Shown here: piece by piece, positions 21,681 through 34,029 of the stretch
Layout: each line of letters begins with the position of its first letter
Position numbering within the stretch: the first letter of the stretch is position 1
DNA from: Moniliella sp. 'wahieum'
Lineage: Eukaryota
Length of the DNA: 64,000 nt
Reading direction: 5' to 3'
NCBI GenBank assembly: GCA_003971905.1
Contig: RSEE01000135.1
Coordinates: 1 to 64,000, forward strand
Made by a program: the position numbers and the translations under genes
The notes under the pieces: generated by a model
The model's input: the letters and a program-made list of their open reading frames with translations, nothing else
What the model was told of the DNA's origin: nothing
The model's database searches: none

Positions 21681-23972
21681 GCTCTGTCTCATCTCCTGAC
21701 TAAAAACATTAGACGCGGGCGCTCCAGGCGGCAGTTATATATGATCTGTCCTCGAGCTTCGTGATCGATAATTTGTCTCGGTGAGCGCTCCCTCCGGCAG
21801 TCCTCTTCAAGCCTCATTAAGCTCAGATGTGTGTCTCAGCCAGCATACCAGGCGGCGGTTGTATGTCTCAGATGTCTCAGGGCGCGCACCAGGCTACAGT
21901 TGTCCGTCTGAGCGGTTGCACCGGGAATGTACGAGTTGTTTCTTATCGAGCGCTTACCCCTTCGCCAGATCTTTAACATTCCGACTCCGTGAGCGCCCTC
22001 GTGACTATAACGGTAGCAGATCTCTGCGACGGTCTCCTCAGCCACATCGCTGGGAGCTCTTCGGCCGGGGGTTCGTGTTGCTCAATCAGCGAAAGGACCA
22101 TGCAATGGTTGAGTGTGTTCCTAACCCCGTTCCCCCCCGCCGCTTGGCGCACATTCCAGGAAGCCAGGCTGACAGGTCCCGCACGAGCGACAAGAAGAAA
22201 CTACGTGCGAACCTGAAGATCAAGAATCAGGAGAACGTCGAGGTCCGTGCTGCAGTCTCTCAGGTCACAGGTGTTGGTACTGTGCTGGTGCAATTGGTTC
22301 GCGGTTGCGAACACTCGAGCAGTGCAGCAACACATGATAGCTACTATTCCAGATAAGGGACTGACAACGACCCAGTCAACAGGTGCTTGGGCCGTCCTGC
22401 TCAGCTGTCCTGCTCGGATCCGGCGTGACTAGGCCAGTGCGCCACAGGTTGCAGGCCGACTCGGATCTTCTATTACCATATGGCAGGACCCACCAAGAAA
22501 TTGCAACCCTACTGCTCCCCCACCTGCACGTGACGGGGCTGGCTGCGCCGACTATCGGGCATATGGCAGAGTCGCGTCGACGCGTCCCTCCACCCACTTA
22601 AAATGCCCGCTACCCGTACTCACCGTCGGAGCCCCCATTGCAGCACCAACGCCCACACTGGCACACGGTGCCCCTTCAATCCACTCCCACGTTTGTGCCC
22701 CCACGGCCGTCGACCTGGCTACAAGACTGCCGCGGAGCGGTGGAGCAAGGAGGAGATGTGGAAAGCAATTGGGGTCTTTGCGACAAAAATAAGGTGGGGG
22801 GGGAAGGACAAGAAGAGGGGGGAGGACAAGAAGAGAGGGGAGGACAAAGTAGATTGGTGGAAGGATGGAGTAAGGATGATCGATGGTCCAGAGGTGGCGG
22901 GCTCGATCCATGTACCGTGAATTACGAGTCGCAGGCGGGCCCTGCCAGGGGTCTCACTCAGGTTGGTGGGGTACAGTCCCTTACGTGAAAGACGGCTCAC
23001 GGTAGTTTCGAGCCTGGGCTACGAGCGAGGAGGAGAAGCCTTTGGGCGTGAAGCCGAGGCGGCTGCACGCGTGGCAAGGCTGCGTATACGTAGATGTTGA
23101 CAGAGCGAAGCAGACGAAGCTGCTATAGAGTCGACTTGGGAGCACTCAAGATCCTATGAATGAGCTGCAAAGCAGCCTTCAGACATTGCAGGAGTGAAGG
23201 CAAAGGGGTGACCACAAGTCTACAAGCATCTGAAGGAAAGAAGGCAGGCAGGAGAGAGAGAAGGGAGATGGAGCGAGCAGGGCGCGCGCGCCCTGCGAGC
23301 GGAACTCTTTCGGAACTCTTTCGACCGGCTAAGCAAGAGCGTCACCGATTCACTGAGGGGTGCAGGGGAGGCCTAACACTACCACCCCAACAGATGCAAA
23401 CGGAGGCTGCGAAGGGACAAAGAATATCATCCGATAGCACTTCCTCGTACAGAATGTCTGACTAGGCGGGAGGACACTGCTCCTGTTCTCTTTGTAAGGG
23501 AAGCACCCGGGGGGGGTGCGGCTCCGCTACAGTCTAACGCGGCCAGGGCAGCTGGGTCGAGGTGCCTGTCTGCGCGACCGTACCAGGCGCCAATCGGCTC
23601 AAATGCCGCCTCAAGATTTTGACCTCGTCCGCTGTCGGAGCTCATTATCATTTCTCAGTTCATTCAGAGTGTAGAGTAGCGGAGTTTATCAGGCAAGCCA
23701 AAGGGAGTGGGTGTGGTGAAGAATAGCATTGTATACCAGCGAGGGGTCGTCCTACTTATACGCAAAGTAGGGAAAATAAAGAAATAGATAACTCGAGCAA
23801 ATGAACCTTGTAGCTCAGACCACCAAGTCGGTTGGCCCACAAAGCAGGACAAACCAAACCAGTGCCGAACCAAACTGTTGAGTCTCAAATCCAGATGATG
23901 TGGTCCGATACTCAACACAGAGAAAGCTTCCCCCGCGGAAGATCCCAAACAGGACGTGTTCCGAGGAGACGG

Positions 23973-24821
23973 TCACGTATACGAAAGCCACTGGAGTTGT
24001 GCCCACTGTGTGGCCAGTGGAAGAAGCTCCCTTATCTGTTGGACCGCGTGCTCGTCCACGTCAGGTGTATCCGGTAGACGAAACAAGGCCAGGTCAGCCG
24101 AAGTGAACAGCAGCGTGGCAGGATGGGGAGATGGAGGGGGCACATCAGTTGCGAGTCCGTCGGTTGTGCTCTCTCGGTTGGGATCGGCCTCAGGGGCGGG
24201 TTGGATCGTTTCGTGAGGGGTATCGGGAGCCCCCCGGGGGGGGTGGGGAAGAACGCAGCACGGACATCCAACTCCCACTGCCACTTTCCAGGCTCTTGCG
24301 GCTGGGTGGGGGCAGCGTGTTGTAGTATACTCCCTGATGCGCCTGCGCCGGCAAATCAGAAAGAGTGACGGAGCGTTGGTGCAGGGCGCGGAATCCCGAG
24401 ACATTGGTGGTAACGATGGCGTCCACTGCCTTCTGGGCTTGTTCCCGGCTCGTCGCGTGCTGCACTGCCGCCTGGGTCAAGGCATTGATCTCCTCCAGAA
24501 ACGCCTCGTCCGCAGCTTGGTCCGCTTCCGTGCCGCCAGCCAAGGCGGGCCAGCCTTCGTCCTGAGTGAACCAGTCCAGCTGCTGCTGCGACATGCGGCC
24601 TGGGCCAAGGTCCAGCAGCTGGACCAGCCATGCGCGGCCGAGCGGGGGGTGACCTGGACGCTGGTCCGTACATTGCTTGCAACGCCGTGGGCGAGGGCGT
24701 AGGCGTGGGCCGCCTGGGCCGCCTCGTGGGCGCGCTCGGGCACGGCGTAGGGCGCACACCGCAGCACCGTCTCCGCCTTGGGCTCTGTCGCGGCGGGGCA
24801 GGAGACGAGGCAGCTGGACAT
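23973..24821 (-). CDS. Hypothetical protein, frameshifted, 3' end uncertain
   Basis: Protein-like stretches across three frames (MSSCLVSCPAATEPKAETVLR...; QQQLDWFTQDEGWPALAGG...DEAFLEEINALTQAAV; LFTSADLALFRLPD...QQIRELLPLATQW). Family not recognised. Confidence 0.45.
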
Positions 24822-25604
24822 GAGCGCGGGGGGGCGGTGGGCGGATGGATGGCGTTAGAGAGGCCAGACGGGGAGACAGACAGGCCGAGTGCAGCGCTGC
24901 TCGCTACCAACAATCACATGCCATCACATGCATCCCACTGGGTGTGGATGTGACGTGGGGGTGATGCAGTGCTGGAATCGGCCAGTTGATGCCATCTTTC
25001 ACAAGTCACTAGTCACTCGCCCTGCCTCGCCGCCTGGTCTGCAGGTGGGGTGCTGCCTCCTGCTGCTGCACCACCGCCCGGCTCTGCGCGTCCCTCGCCA
25101 CCTGCGTCCCGCTCGCTGTGCCCGATCAACTAGCCACGTTAGTACCACGCTGCCGTTTCCCTTGCCACAGTTCCTGTCCCCTGCCGGGGTCCAGATCGGA
25201 CCGGCCTAGCATCGCTACGAGGTTGGCCTGCAGCCCAAAGTCAAGACGGAGATGGGGTGTGCATCGAGTGGTGAAGGTGCAAGGGGGTAGGTGCCAAAGA
25301 GAAAAGAGGAGCTGGCAGCGGAGAGGGGGAAAGGGGAGTAAGGTATGATGTACATGCTTCTGCGGTCTAGCTGGCCAGTGCGAAGATCTGATGCCTACGC
25401 GGCTGCCGTGTTCCCGCCCTCCATTTTTTTCCTTCGATCCAGGAAGAGAAGAGCCCGAAGAAGAGTGTCCCGAAGAACAGTGTCCCGAAGAGGAGGGATG
25501 GGGTCCTGGTCGGGCACAGAGGGTGGGGTGGAGGTGGTGCGAGCGCCAGAGGCAACAGCCAAACAGGGCACGGTCTCTTCCCAATCAGCATCCGCGTAGG
25601 GGGG

Positions 25605-26380
25605 TTAGAGCAGAGATCGTTTGGCCAGGGTCCAGGATCCGGCTGCGGCGGCCATCAGGCCACTGGCAATGACGATGGGCCGTGGGCCGGCGGTGATCTT
25701 GAAGGTGGCGCCGGTCAATGCGCCCGAGGCCATGGCGCCCCAAATGTCGTGCTTTCCGCGCTGGCCATCAATGATGGCGTCGTAGCCCGTGTAGATGAGC
25801 GCTTGGGGAGACGACAGAAGGGGTCAGAGCAAGAAAGGGAGGGCAAGAGAGAGGAAAAGGAAACAGAAGAAACACATACCCAAGACACCACCGCTGTTGC
25901 CGAGGAAGGAGCCTCGCCTGGTGACGGCGTTGAGGACGGCGTTGAGGCGCAGGCGGGCGGTGGGGTGTTCGACACCGAGCGGGCGGGTAAGGCCCTCGCG
26001 GATGCCCAGCAGGGCGCCGAGGAACTGGCCGCCGAGAAAGGCGGTGCCGGTGCCGTAGGACAGGTTGTCGCTCCAGCCGCGGGAGGGGGGGCGGTGGGGT
26101 CGAGCTGGGAGGGGGCGTCGTCGACAATGTCGAGGAACTCGAGGTCGTCCTTGCCGAGCCCGGCCATGGGGTACATCTTGGTCAGGTCGAGCTGGTAGGC
26201 GCCGGCGCCGAGGATGTCGGCGGTCGAGGGCGCCTGGGCGACGTTGACGGCGTACGAGGCGGGCGGAGCAAAGTGCTGCGCGTCGAGGTCGGCGGGCACG
26301 GCGCCCACCGCTGGCTCGCCCGATGGCGGCTGGCTGGTGGTGGGGGGGGGGGAGGAGGAGGAGGAGGAGAAGGGCCACAT
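25605..26380 (-). CDS. TIM23: Mitochondrial inner membrane translocase subunit Tim23
   Basis: PSRGWSDNLSYGTGTAFLGG...RLRLNAVLNAVTRRGSFLGNSGGVL, an intron at ~25803-25880, then ALIYTGYDAIIDGQRGKHDIWGAMASGALTGATFKITAGPR...KRSLL*. Confidence 0.95.
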
Positions 26381-26831
26381 GGGGGGTTAAGGTGGTGGTT
26401 ACACTCAATCTCCCCTCAAAAACACAGCAGACCAGAAGAAGGATGGGCGGAATGCAAAAACCACGCCGGGCGGAATCCCACTCCCCCCCAAAACCCCCGC
26501 CACCCATACGCAGCCTCCCCGACTCGAACCAGGGGGAAGATAAGGTTGAGGGTGGGGCAGCGGCAGTGTCAGCGATCCATGTCACCCATCAGCCTCCGAG
26601 CTGCTCCGCTCCCACCCGCATCCACGCGTTAGCACCGCCACCCGCCTCCCACCACCACTCCCACCACCACCACCACCACCACCACCACCACCACCACACA
26701 CCACCACCACCACACTCCCTCTTCCTTGTCCACGACTGGCTCGTGTTGTTTCTAGAACCCCTTTCATCCCCCTTGCAATGTACGTGCCCCCCCCCCCCCC
26801 CGCTCGCTCCCCGCGCTGACCCCCCCCCAGC

Positions 26832-26999
26832 ATGACCTCCACCTTTGCTGTCTGCGCCAACTGCGGCTCCGTCACGCGCACCTTGACGGGCATCTGCGTC
26901 TTTTGCGACGCCAAGCTCGTCAATGCCCGCCCTGTCAGCCGCACTGCCTCCTCGCATGCCCACCGTCACTGCGCCGACGACGCCTCCCACCGCCACTAA
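26832..26999 (+). CDS. Small 55-aa zinc-ribbon-like protein (CxxC-x10-CxxC)
   Basis: MTSTFAVCANCGSVTRTLTGICVFCDAKLVNARPV... is preceded by a canonical intron (GTACGT 26780, GCTGAC branch point, CAG 26830) ending 1 nt before the ATG. Confidence 0.5.
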   Translation: MTSTFAVCANCGSVTRTLTGICVFCDAKLVNARPVSRTASSHAHRHCADDASHRH

Positions 27000-27977
27000 C
27001 ACCATCATCCACCCCCTCTCTCCCTCTCTGCCCATCTCGTCTTCTGCCCGGCGCAAAGGCCTCGCTCCCATTTGCCCCTGATCATACCATACCCTGATGC
27101 ACCCCCCAGCACGTACCGTGTACAATCTCGCCGCCTTCTCGGCTGCAGCTGTCCTTGGGGGGGGGGTGCTTCACATGTTTTGCATCGTGGCACTTGTGCC
27201 TCCCATTCGCTTTCGGATCGCCATGATCCTTTTCGTTTGTTTCTTTGTTTGTTTGTCTGTACCCTGGCTGGTCCCATGGGTACTGTCCAGAGTGGCGAGA
27301 CAAGCCTGGCGCTTCTCTCTCTGCCTCCAAGAGCATGTCCCATCTACCTGGTGCTGGTATTGGTGTTGGTGTAGGCGTTGGTATGTGGCAAGTACGCGCC
27401 CATGTCCGGTGCCCCACCATCCGTCGTCGTTCTATCTGTCTCTCGTTTTGCCATGGACCAGGCTGTGCCTCGGATCCGTGCCTAGCAGTCTCGGCTGGCA
27501 AAGGTCTGGCGGGGGGCAGCGCTGGCGCTGCATCCTGACCTGCCGCCTGACCTTGACCCCGCTTGCCCCGCTATCAATCTTGAAGCATGCTTCCAGTCCT
27601 TGGTGTCTCTGCCCGGCTCCACTCTGCCGGACAGTGCCGTAGCGACGTAGGTTTTTTCTGATGTATGTGAGAATTGGGTCGGGCCCGGACACCGTGTGGG
27701 GAGAAAGAGGCCGAGGTGGGGCACTGATCAATTTGCCACATTCGCCACCTTGGATGTCTGCCCTCGCCGCTGTTCCGCCCCTGTTCCGCCACTTGCGCCG
27801 TCACAGCGACCGGTCAGGTGACCTGATACTGCGTGCTCCAACCCACCAGCCCCACCTCGTGTGCTGTCTGTCGGCGGTCACCGCCACCGCCACCACGACC
27901 AATTCGGCATCCATCGGCTGGGCCCACCTCGGCCGACGGTGCTGGCGGCTGCTGGCTGCTTGTGCGCACAGGCCACC

Positions 27978-29020
27978 ATGTCCGCCCGCTTCCCATCCGC
28001 GCGGGCTGCCGCTGCGGCCGAGCTGGTCCAGGGTCGGGTGCGGGAGGACGAGGTGGCGATGACGTACGACCAGCTGATCGCGTGTCTGGCCAGCGCCCTG
28101 GAAACGGCGATGCATGTCGTGTTGTGTTTGCGCCGCGTCTACCCGCCCGGCGCGTACGCCGCCCACCGCCTCACCGCCCGCCGACCGCGTTCCTTTTCCC
28201 CCCAGGCAAGGGGCGCGCGTGCCAGTGCAAGTACCAGTGCAAGTACCAGTGCTGGCATGGAGAGTACCACCGCCACGGCAACCAGCTTCGCCCCGCTGCA
28301 CCCGGGCTTGCAGACGTACTTTGCAGGGGTGCGTGCCCGCTGGAGCGGCAGTTGGCCCACCAAGATGTGGCGGCTGTGGCGCTGGTGCTGCACTTGCCCC
28401 AGTCGGGGAGGGTGGTGGAACGGTACGTGTTTCGGTTGGCGTACCAATGGCCTGAAGCGCCGCCTGCGCACCACCGCTCGGTGCCCATCACAGATGGATG
28501 GAGCGAGGCCGAGTTTGAGTATTGGTTCACCACGCTCTTGGCTCGTTTGACGGCGCAGGTAGCCACCCTCGCCCCGCTGCCTGGTGCGACAAGGCGCACA
28601 CGCACGCCGCCCGCGCACCGTCCACACGCGCAGCATGTGCAACCGCAGGACGAACGAGAAGAAGGTGAAGAGGAAGAGGAGAGACGAAGTTTCGTTGGCC
28701 ATTGTATTGCAGCTGCAAGATGCTTCGGCACGGCCGTCGGCGCAGGCAGCGGGAGCGAAGCGCGGATGCGCACCACGCTCCCGAGGGCGCCTGGGTCCCG
28801 CTCGATGCGACGCTTGCGCGGGCTGCCCCATCGCGCCGCCGCCGCCGAGGGGGGGCGCAGCACGACAGCGGCGGCACCGGCGGGCGGCGCGGCGCGGACG
28901 GAGATTGTGCCGGTGCAGTCGTTGGGGACAGGGGTGGTGGATGTGAGCTTCTATGTGGAGGACCACCGGCGCACCAAAGCGCGCCGACGCTCCGAGGCAC
29001 AGCCCCCCATCGAGTGGTAA
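27978..29020 (+). CDS. REV7: HORMA-domain protein, DNA polymerase zeta subunit Rev7/Mad2L2
   Basis: LETAMHVVLCLRRVYP, HPGLQTYF, VVERYVFRL, LAPLP and C-terminal IVPVQSLGTGVVDVSFYVE are typical of Rev7. Frameshifted. Confidence 0.85.
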
Positions 29021-29247
29021 TCAGAGAGAGAGACAAGAATAGCGAGGTGGATCGTCCAGCGTGTAATTTAATTCAGATGGCCTACCCACGCATAGATCCA
29101 CCTGCCCATATTCCCACAGCGCGAGCAGCATGACGTCATGCATCGTTGCCGTTGCAGCCAGCTGGCTACTCGACCCACCTCGGGTAATCCACGTGTCCAC
29201 ATGCCTCCTCGCCACCACCACTCCCTTCTAGCCCCCCCCTCGTTACC

Positions 29248-29963
29248 ATGGCCACCACCACACTCACCATCCCCACCCCTCCCTTTGCCCTGGACCAGAA
29301 GACAAAGGTGATGATTGTGCGCGAGGACGCTGATGGATCAGAGGGCATATGGACCACCATTGCCGTCCCGGGCCCGCAAGAGGACTTCTCTACGACAGCC
29401 AACACTTCTCTTCAGAACTCGCGCATGCACCAAGGGACAAAGGAGGTGGTGTAGAAGTGCTGACCGCCGTAGTGGCTGGCCTTTTTCTCTTTACGATGGG
29501 GTATGCATGTGTGTTGGCGTATTGGGATTAACTCCACCAGTATCCCGCCGGACCAAATCGTGATCGTGACGCTGTACACCGTTCGCCTGGTCCTTGTGGA
29601 TATTTGTTTTCCCTTGTACCCGAAATCAAGTATCGTTGTCGGCCTCCCTTCCTATGTCCTTTTCTTGCTGGGCACCTTGGCCTGGTACTGGCCTGCGATG
29701 CGGACCGCCCGAGCTCAGCACCTCCCTTCGCATTCCTACCCCTCCTCGTAGGCACTCCCGAACCTCTGTTCCGCATTTTCCTCGTGTCAGAGGTGCCTCC
29801 CGTGTTTTTGTGCATGTGGCTGGCAAGGCAAGTAGCACCGATGCTGTTTAAGCTGGAAAGCAAGCTTTTTTCCTCCAAGTCCACCGAGCTGAAATCATTC
29901 GAAACGTATCCCAAGAGTAAGCCGGAGATGGACGTCAAGGCGGAGAAGGAGGAGACAGCATAG
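29248..29963 (+). CDS. Orphan multi-pass membrane protein, tandem paralog 1 (frameshifted)
   Basis: MATTTLTIPTPPFALDQKTKVMIVRED...LYTVRLVLVDICFPLYPKSSIVVGLPSYVLFLLG...FLVSEVP...KSFETYPK; homologous to copies 2 and 3. Confidence 0.7.
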
Positions 29964-31092
29964 GACCTTTCCTCCGTGTGTTACGATTCCCCTACCTATA
30001 CCAGGACGGGACGTCTGCTGTGTTTGCTTCTCATCCACCCAACCACGCGGACGCCAGCTCTCTTTTTGGGTGATGCCCCTCAGTTCATGAAGCTCCTCCC
30101 GCCCTCCTTCCCACGACCATCATACCATCATTATCCGCACTCTCTTCCCGCACGAGATCCACGTTGGAATCAATCCATCTCCTTGTTTCCTGATTCTCTC
30201 GACGAATCTGTGTGTTTGTGGTGAGTGCAAGAAGGTATATATTTAACTTGGAAGGAGAATGCATGGTGACAGAATGGGGCTAGGGCGAAGCCACTGCACT
30301 GGACGACCAAAGGCTGAGTGCGATGCACTGGTCAAATGGGGGCCCTGAACGTCTGAACGTTGATCGCGGATGTCCGGTACCTGAGAGAGGATAGCTTCGC
30401 TACCAAGCGAGGGACGATGGCACTGGTGCAGGACGAAAACCGTCAGGAAGAGCTTCGCAGTGGAAGCTACTTACGGACGCTGGTCCGACGGCTGGAGTGC
30501 CACAGGGAGAAAGAGAAAGGAGGGATACGAGGCGCACCGGATTTGATCCGGAGCGCGCTGTCAGCGCCATCACACATGTAGCTCACCACACATTACCTTC
30601 GATGCTGTTCTTCCCCAACCCTCCCCTCTGTTCTGCCCCTGACGGGCTCCTCTCCTGGAATAGCACAACCATCTCCTTCTTACGCGCCAGTCGCGAGCCC
30701 GTTCCGCTTGGTATTAGGGCAAGTGACCATGTGGTTTGGTCCAAGCAAAGTGGCATGCCTGAGATATGCCGACACGACTTGCCAGCGGCGTGGCCGATAC
30801 AGCCATGCCGAGGGGTGTCCCATGGCCCATGTCACAGTGACTTGCTCTTCTAGGGTGTTGCGAGGCGCATCGCCCAAAAAAAGATAGCCAACCCAACCGC
30901 ACAGTGCTCCCACACACCCTTTCCATATTCCCACAGCGAACAGCATGACGTCATGCATCGTTGCCGTTGCACGCCAGCTGGCCACTCGACCCACCGCGTG
31001 CAACCGACGCGCTTCCTCCCCCTTCCACGCGCAACCTCCACCTGCCTCCTCGCCACCACCACTCCCTTCGCCCCCCACCCCCCCTCGTTACC

Positions 31093-31816
31093 ATGGCCAC
31101 CACTACGCTCACCATCCCACCCCTCCCTTTGCGCTGGACGACAAGACAACGGTGATGATTGTGCGCGAGGACCCCGACGGTCCAGAGGGCATGTGGGAAA
31201 CGAAACATGCTGGCATTGCCGCCTCGGGTCCGCAAGAGTACTGTTACGCTGCCGCCAATCGCTCTCTCGAGCAAGCGCACATGGACCAGGCGACAAGCCA
31301 AGCGGCAGGAGTGGTGGGCGCCATGGTGGCTTGCTGTCTCGGTGCGGCGTATATGATTTTGGTGATGGTATGGGCTCAGTACAACTACCACGTCCTCCCG
31401 TTGGACCAAATCGTGATCGTGTCCCTGTACACTCTTCGCCTCTTCCTGGTCGGTCTCTGTTTTCCCTTGTACCCGAAATCAAGTATCGTTGTCGGCCTCC
31501 CTTCGTATGTCCTTTTCTTGCTGGGCACCCTCGGCTGGTACTGGTCTGAGATGCGCGAATTCCGAGCTCGGTCCCGTTGCACCCTTATACCTTCTCCTTC
31601 TTGGTAGGCACTCCCGACCATTTGTTCGACATTTTTCTCGTGTCGGAGGTACCTCTGTTTTTGTGCGTGTGGCTGGCAACGCTAGTGACGCCGATGCTGT
31701 TCAAGCTGGAAAGCAAGCTTTCTTCCTCTGGGTCCACCCAGCCGAAGTCGTTCGAGGCGTATCCCAAGGGTAAGCCGGAGGTGGATGCCAACGCGGCGAA
31801 ACAGGCGGAAGAGTAG
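31093..31816 (+). CDS. Orphan multi-pass membrane protein, tandem paralog 2 (frameshifted)
   Basis: PPFALDDKTTVMIVREDPDGPEGMWE...GPQEY...LYTLRLFLVGLCFPLYPKSSIVVGLPSY...FLVSEVPLFLCVWLA...KSFEAYPK. Confidence 0.72.
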
Positions 31817-32371
31817 GTCTTTGCCCGGTATTTAACCCCCCCCCCCCCCACCTACCAGGGTTAGCTGTGTTTGCTTGTCATCAACCACGCGGACGCTAGC
31901 TCTCTTCTTTGGGTGATGCCCCTCAGTTGACGAAGCTCCTTCCAGCCTCCTTAATTGTCTGCACTCTCTTGCGGACGAGATCTACGTTGGAATCCAATCC
32001 ATCTCCTTGTTTTCCTGATTCTCTCGACGAATCTGTGTTTGTGGTAAGTGCAAGAAGATATGTTTAACTTGGATGGCAGAATGGGGCTAGTAGGACCAGT
32101 CGCCCACCAGTTCTGCTTGCTAGGCCTTATCGGAAGTGCTAGTGAGAGATCGCTTGTGACATGTGACTAGTGACTAGTGAGATCTGACAGATGGAGGTGT
32201 AGTTCATTTAGGGTGATATATGGCGTCACGTGTCTTCATGGATCGTTGCCGTTGGACGTCGGACAACATCGGCCCACCGCGTGCAACCGACGCGCTCCCT
32301 CCCCCCTCCACCCGCAACCCCCACCTGCCTCCTCGCCACCAACACTCCCTTCGGTCCTGCACCTTCTCTCC

Positions 32372-33058
32372 ATGGCCACCACCACACTCACCATCCCCAC
32401 CCCTCCCTTTGCCCTGGACCAGAAGACAAAGGTGATGATTGTGCGCGAGGACCCTGACGGTCCAGCGGGCATGTGGGAGGCCAAGCATACCGGCACTGCC
32501 GCTTCGGTGGGCCCACAAGAGTACTCCTATACGGCAACCAATCGCTCTCTCGACAAAGTGCGCCTAAATACCAAAGACCGTGTGAGCAAGGGGATGACCA
32601 TCGTGTTGGGGTCCGGGGTGTTGTATCTGTATTTCACCGGATTATCCTTCTGGTTGTCGCAACGCGCCGATTGCCCGCCATTGGAGGTAGGGCTTTTGGG
32701 TTTCTATACAATTCGCCTCTTCCTCGTCGCGTTCTGTTACCTGATCGGATTCCCTCGTTCAGCCTTGGTTCTCGGCACAGCTTCCTATGCTTTTTTCTGG
32801 CATGTCATATTGCAGGTCTGCGGGCCAGAGTTTCAACGGTTCAAGGCCGGCGGCCAGCGGGTCCCCTCTTATCCGTTCCCTCTGTTTTTCCTGTCAGAGG
32901 TGCCTGTGTTCTTGGTCGCCTGGTTGGCGGGCCAAGTTACACCGTTGCTCGTCAAACTGGAACGGATACTTTCGTTCTCTAAGAACCCTCGCCCGCAATC
33001 CTTTGACGCCTATCCCAAGGCTCAGCCGGATGCAGAAAAGAACGCGACCAAGGAGTAG
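32372..33058 (+). CDS. Orphan multi-pass membrane protein, tandem paralog 3 (intact, 228 aa)
   Basis: Uninterrupted ORF with about 4 hydrophobic segments and the same N- and C-terminal motifs as copies 1 and 2. Confidence 0.8.
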   Translation: MATTTLTIPTPPFALDQKTKVMIVREDPDGPAGMWEAKHTGTAASVGPQEYSYTATNRSLDKVRLNTKDRVSKGMTIVLGSGVLYLYFTGLSFWLSQRADCPPLEVGLLGFYTIRLFLVAFCYLIGFPRSALVLGTASYAFFWHVILQVCGPEFQRFKAGGQRVPSYPFPLFFLSEVPVFLVAWLAGQVTPLLVKLERILSFSKNPRPQSFDAYPKAQPDAEKNATKE

Positions 33059-34029
33059 AGCCTAATTGGACCGTGTTTAACGGTTCCCTCGCCTGCCAGG
33101 GAGGTTCGTCTGCTGTGTTACTTCAAGGGATTCACAACGACACGGACTTGAGCTCTTCGTTGGGCCATGCCCCTCAGTTAAAGAAGTACCTTCCGGTCCT
33201 TCCGACGAGCTTCATTCCACCGTCATGCACCCTCCCTTTCCCCTACGAGATCCACGCCGGAATCGAATCCATCTCCATGTTGGTTTCCTGACTAGCTTCA
33301 AATGACGACGAATCTGTGTGTTTGTGGTGGATGCCCGTGTAGGGATGTGGCCCATTCTCTCCAATAGTACTAAGCTGGTAACGCTCCATGCGGAGGGGGA
33401 CTGATGCTTCCCACCGGCTCTGCTGCCAAGTTCTCAATCACATCTTAGGAGCCCCACGTACTAAATGCCTGTGACATGTGATGGACGCCAGAAGAGATGT
33501 TTAATTCGTATTACGGCCGACGCGAGAGAGAGAGAAAGAGATAAGCACTCGGTGCCAGCCAGGGGCAGGCGCTGGCTCGAACGAGGGACTAGTCCCTAGA
33601 GACTAGCTAGTGACTAGGGAGGAGGGAGCAGACGCACTGGCAGGCAGCCCAGCGCAACCCCTAGTCGCAGTCTGTTCCTGGTGCAGGCACTGCCCCCGTG
33701 CGGCTGCCCATCGCATGGCCTCCCTTCACACCGCGCGGCTGCCCGCCACCGCCCCACGAGGCACAGGGGCAGTCTCCATAAACGGCAGGGGGGCGCTGTT
33801 GCTCCACCTCCTGCCTCCGCCTGCCTGCGCTCCCCTGCCATGGCGCCAGTGTTGCCTGTGCGCTCGCGCGCCACGGCCCCCGCGCAGCCTGCGGAGCTCC
33901 TGCCCAAGCCATGGCCACACCGCCTACCTGGGACGCCCCCATCGCCAGCGTTTGTTGTGCCCCCACCTCCACCTGCCTCCTTCTTTTCCCCCCCCCCACG
34001 ATCGTTACCTCGGCCCTGCGTGCCACGAG

